Below are positions 62,343 through 64,000 of a stretch of DNA of 64,000 nt, piece after piece; the stretch's first letter is position 1; every line of letters begins with the position of its first letter. Source of the stretch: Candidatus Poribacteria bacterium (lineage in GTDB: Bacteria; Poribacteria; WGA-4E; PCPOR2b); the NCBI GenBank assembly GCA_965215015.1, contig OZ244042.1, forward strand, positions 2,112,001 to 2,176,000, read 5' to 3'. Made by a program: the position numbers and the translations under genes. The notes under the pieces were generated by a model, which worked only from the letters and a program-made list of their open reading frames with translations, did no database searches and had not been told where the DNA came from.

Positions 62343-62867
62343 ATGGCAGAAAGAACTTCAGCGAGCACCGAGCAGCACCGGGAAATGGCTGCGGAACACG
62401 GGCCTGTGCTCGTAGCAATCGTTACCGTCAGTGATACACGCACACCGGAAACCGATAAGAACGCGGCTTACCTCCGCGAACAATTAGCGGCAGGCGGAAA
62501 TGAAGTCGTGGGATATCGCATCATCAAAGATGAACCGGATCAGGTCAAAGCTGTGCTGGACGACTTTGCAGCAGGGGACGCGCGCATGATTCTTTTCAAC
62601 GGCGGTACAGGTATTGCCCCGCGCGATACAACCTTTGACGTATTGAATCAAGCCCTAGAGAAAACCCTACCCGGTTTTGGCGAGCTCTTCCGAATGTTTA
62701 GCTATGACCAAGTCGGAGCAGCGGCGATGCTATCACGTGCTACCGCCGGTGTATATCGAGGGAAGGTGGTTATCTCTACACCCGGCTCAACGGCTGCAGT
62801 GCAGCTGGCGTGGGAAAAACTGATCGGACCAGAGCTGCAGCATCTGGCGTGGGAGGTCGGACGGTAG
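62343..62867 (+). CDS. moaB: Molybdenum cofactor biosynthesis protein MoaB/MogA family
   Basis: [34 protein letters not shown]. Confidence 0.88.
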   Translation: MAERTSASTEQHREMAAEHGPVLVAIVTVSDTRTPETDKNAAYLREQLAAGGNEVVGYRIIKDEPDQVKAVLDDFAAGDARMILFNGGTGIAPRDTTFDVLNQALEKTLPGFGELFRMFSYDQVGAAAMLSRATAGVYRGKVVISTPGSTAAVQLAWEKLIGPELQHLAWEVGR

Positions 62868-62894
62868 GAAAACAAAGATGTTTTATTAATTAGA

Positions 62895-63149
62895 TTACTT
62901 TTCCTTTGCCAACCTATGGCAGATATGGCAGTTGCCGACGTTGAGATGCGGCATGGTTGGCGATTGCTCGGTCCCACGAAGATGACACTTCAGACAAGCG
63001 GCTGGATCTGTGTAGATCCGGTGGTCTGGAATGTTGGAACGAGCAGGAGCTGCGTTGAAGAAAAGGATGATCATTACAATTGTAAAAATAATTCCGATGA
63101 CGCTGACAATAATCAACAGCGTTCGCGCACTGGCTTCTTCCGTTGGCAC
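62895..63149 (-). CDS. Small membrane-anchored diheme c-type cytochrome
   Basis: One TM; CLKCH and CHICH; additional His/Met candidates (IPDH, MPH). Confidence 0.75.
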   Translation of the reverse strand: MPTEEASARTLLIIVSVIGIIFTIVMIILFFNAAPARSNIPDHRIYTDPAACLKCHLRGTEQSPTMPHLNVGNCHICHRLAKEK

Positions 63150-63193
63150 GTTTTAGTCCTTTTATCCTTTAGTCAAAATAGGAAAATCGAAAA

Positions 63194-63670
63194 TTGAAAT
63201 GGAAAATTGAAGTTAGTTACAAACCCGAAACCCCAGATGCCATTGGACAAAGTATCCTTCAGGATATCACCGATCTCGGACTTGCCGGTGTAGAATCCGT
63301 CCACACCGTTCAAATCTACTGGATCGAGGGAGAAGTTAACTCACATGCGATCGAGCGAATCTGTGCGGAACTTCTCGCCGATCCGGTGGCGCAGAACTAC
63401 GTTTATAGCCGTTCTGACAATCATACCCCAAGACAAAATGAGGGTTCCGTATGGACCATTGAGGTGCGGTTGAAACCGGGTGTAACAGATGCCGTTGGCA
63501 ATAGTGTTCTCAAGGGGCTGCGTGATATGGAAATTCCAGATGTCCAAACCGCACAAACAGGACAAAAATATCAGATACACGGCTGCTTAGATCAAGCCAA
63601 ACTTGAAATGATTGCACAGCAGCTGCTTGCGAACGACGTTATACAAATATTTGAGATCTGGCAGGGTTAG
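63194..63670 (+). CDS. purS: Tandem PurS-like domain protein
   Basis: Two repeats EV..KP.V.D..G...LLA.P/DV; TTG start. Confidence 0.65.
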   Translation: MKWKIEVSYKPETPDAIGQSILQDITDLGLAGVESVHTVQIYWIEGEVNSHAIERICAELLADPVAQNYVYSRSDNHTPRQNEGSVWTIEVRLKPGVTDAVGNSVLKGLRDMEIPDVQTAQTGQKYQIHGCLDQAKLEMIAQQLLANDVIQIFEIWQG

Positions 63671-63724
63671 TGTGCTGCCAGTCCGTAAGGACTTGCTTCC
63701 GAGTTCATCAAGGCACTGATGACA

Positions 63725-64000
63725 TCATTTCTTACCCACTAGCCTTTTGGTCTTCCATGCTCCTCGTCTAAACCACAACCACATCAACATACCTTGTACA
63801 ACGTTTGATAAGGCGATGCCAATCCAGACTCCCGTAATTCCCACTAAATAGGAAAGCGAGATTACTAGCATCAATCCAATACCGAGTTGACAGATGAATG
63901 TCATCACCATCGGGGAAACGGTATCCCCAGCACCGTTGAGGGCACGACCAAATACGATAGAAATGGCAATAAACGCAAAGGTGGCTGATAGGTAACGGAG
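63725..64000 (-). CDS. MATE efflux transporter, C-terminal part (runs off window)
   Basis: ALNGAGDTVSPM, GITGVWIGIA, WFRRGAWK. Confidence 0.85.
   Translation of the reverse strand, partial: LRYLSATFAFIAISIVFGRALNGAGDTVSPMVMTFICQLGIGLMLVISLSYLVGITGVWIGIALSNVVQGMLMWLWFRRGAWKTKRLVGKK

Noticed and set aside
1-64000. CRISPR array, tRNA or rRNA
   Set aside because: No regularly spaced repeat-spacer series and no recognisable tRNA/rRNA. The repeats are dispersed REP/MITE types.

Overview
Bacterial chromosomal window with about 55 genes or gene remnants and no rRNA, tRNA or CRISPR array. Gene content and motifs suggest Candidatus Poribacteria (inference): LamG proteins ending in L.TTWG.IK, a QNFPNPFNPETWIP C-terminal domain, PhyH, sialidase, sulfatase and enolase-family expansions, and DUF6785-like membrane proteins. 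Most genes are catabolic accessory genes, mixed with a few housekeeping genes (aroF, hflX, moaB-like, purS-like, MATE). Main observations: (1) a cassette at 47.1-49.9 kb with a secreted 12-Cys protein carrying a signal peptide plus a double-glycine pro-segment, a decayed Cys-rich paralog, and a tandem-duplicated membrane-anchored coiled-coil gene pair that differs mostly at non-synonymous sites; (2) three related IS200/IS605 right-end/omegaRNA scaffolds, one being a 324-bp tnpB-free element with its own sigma70-like promoter; (3) a WG-motif C-terminal tag that also precedes a FlgD/T9SS-like C-terminal domain; (4) a dense, nested set of TIR-bounded miniature elements carrying GTAG-type REP hairpins. 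Several genes carry single frameshifts or stops, which may be real decay or sequencing error. All calls come from manual reading; no database search was run.
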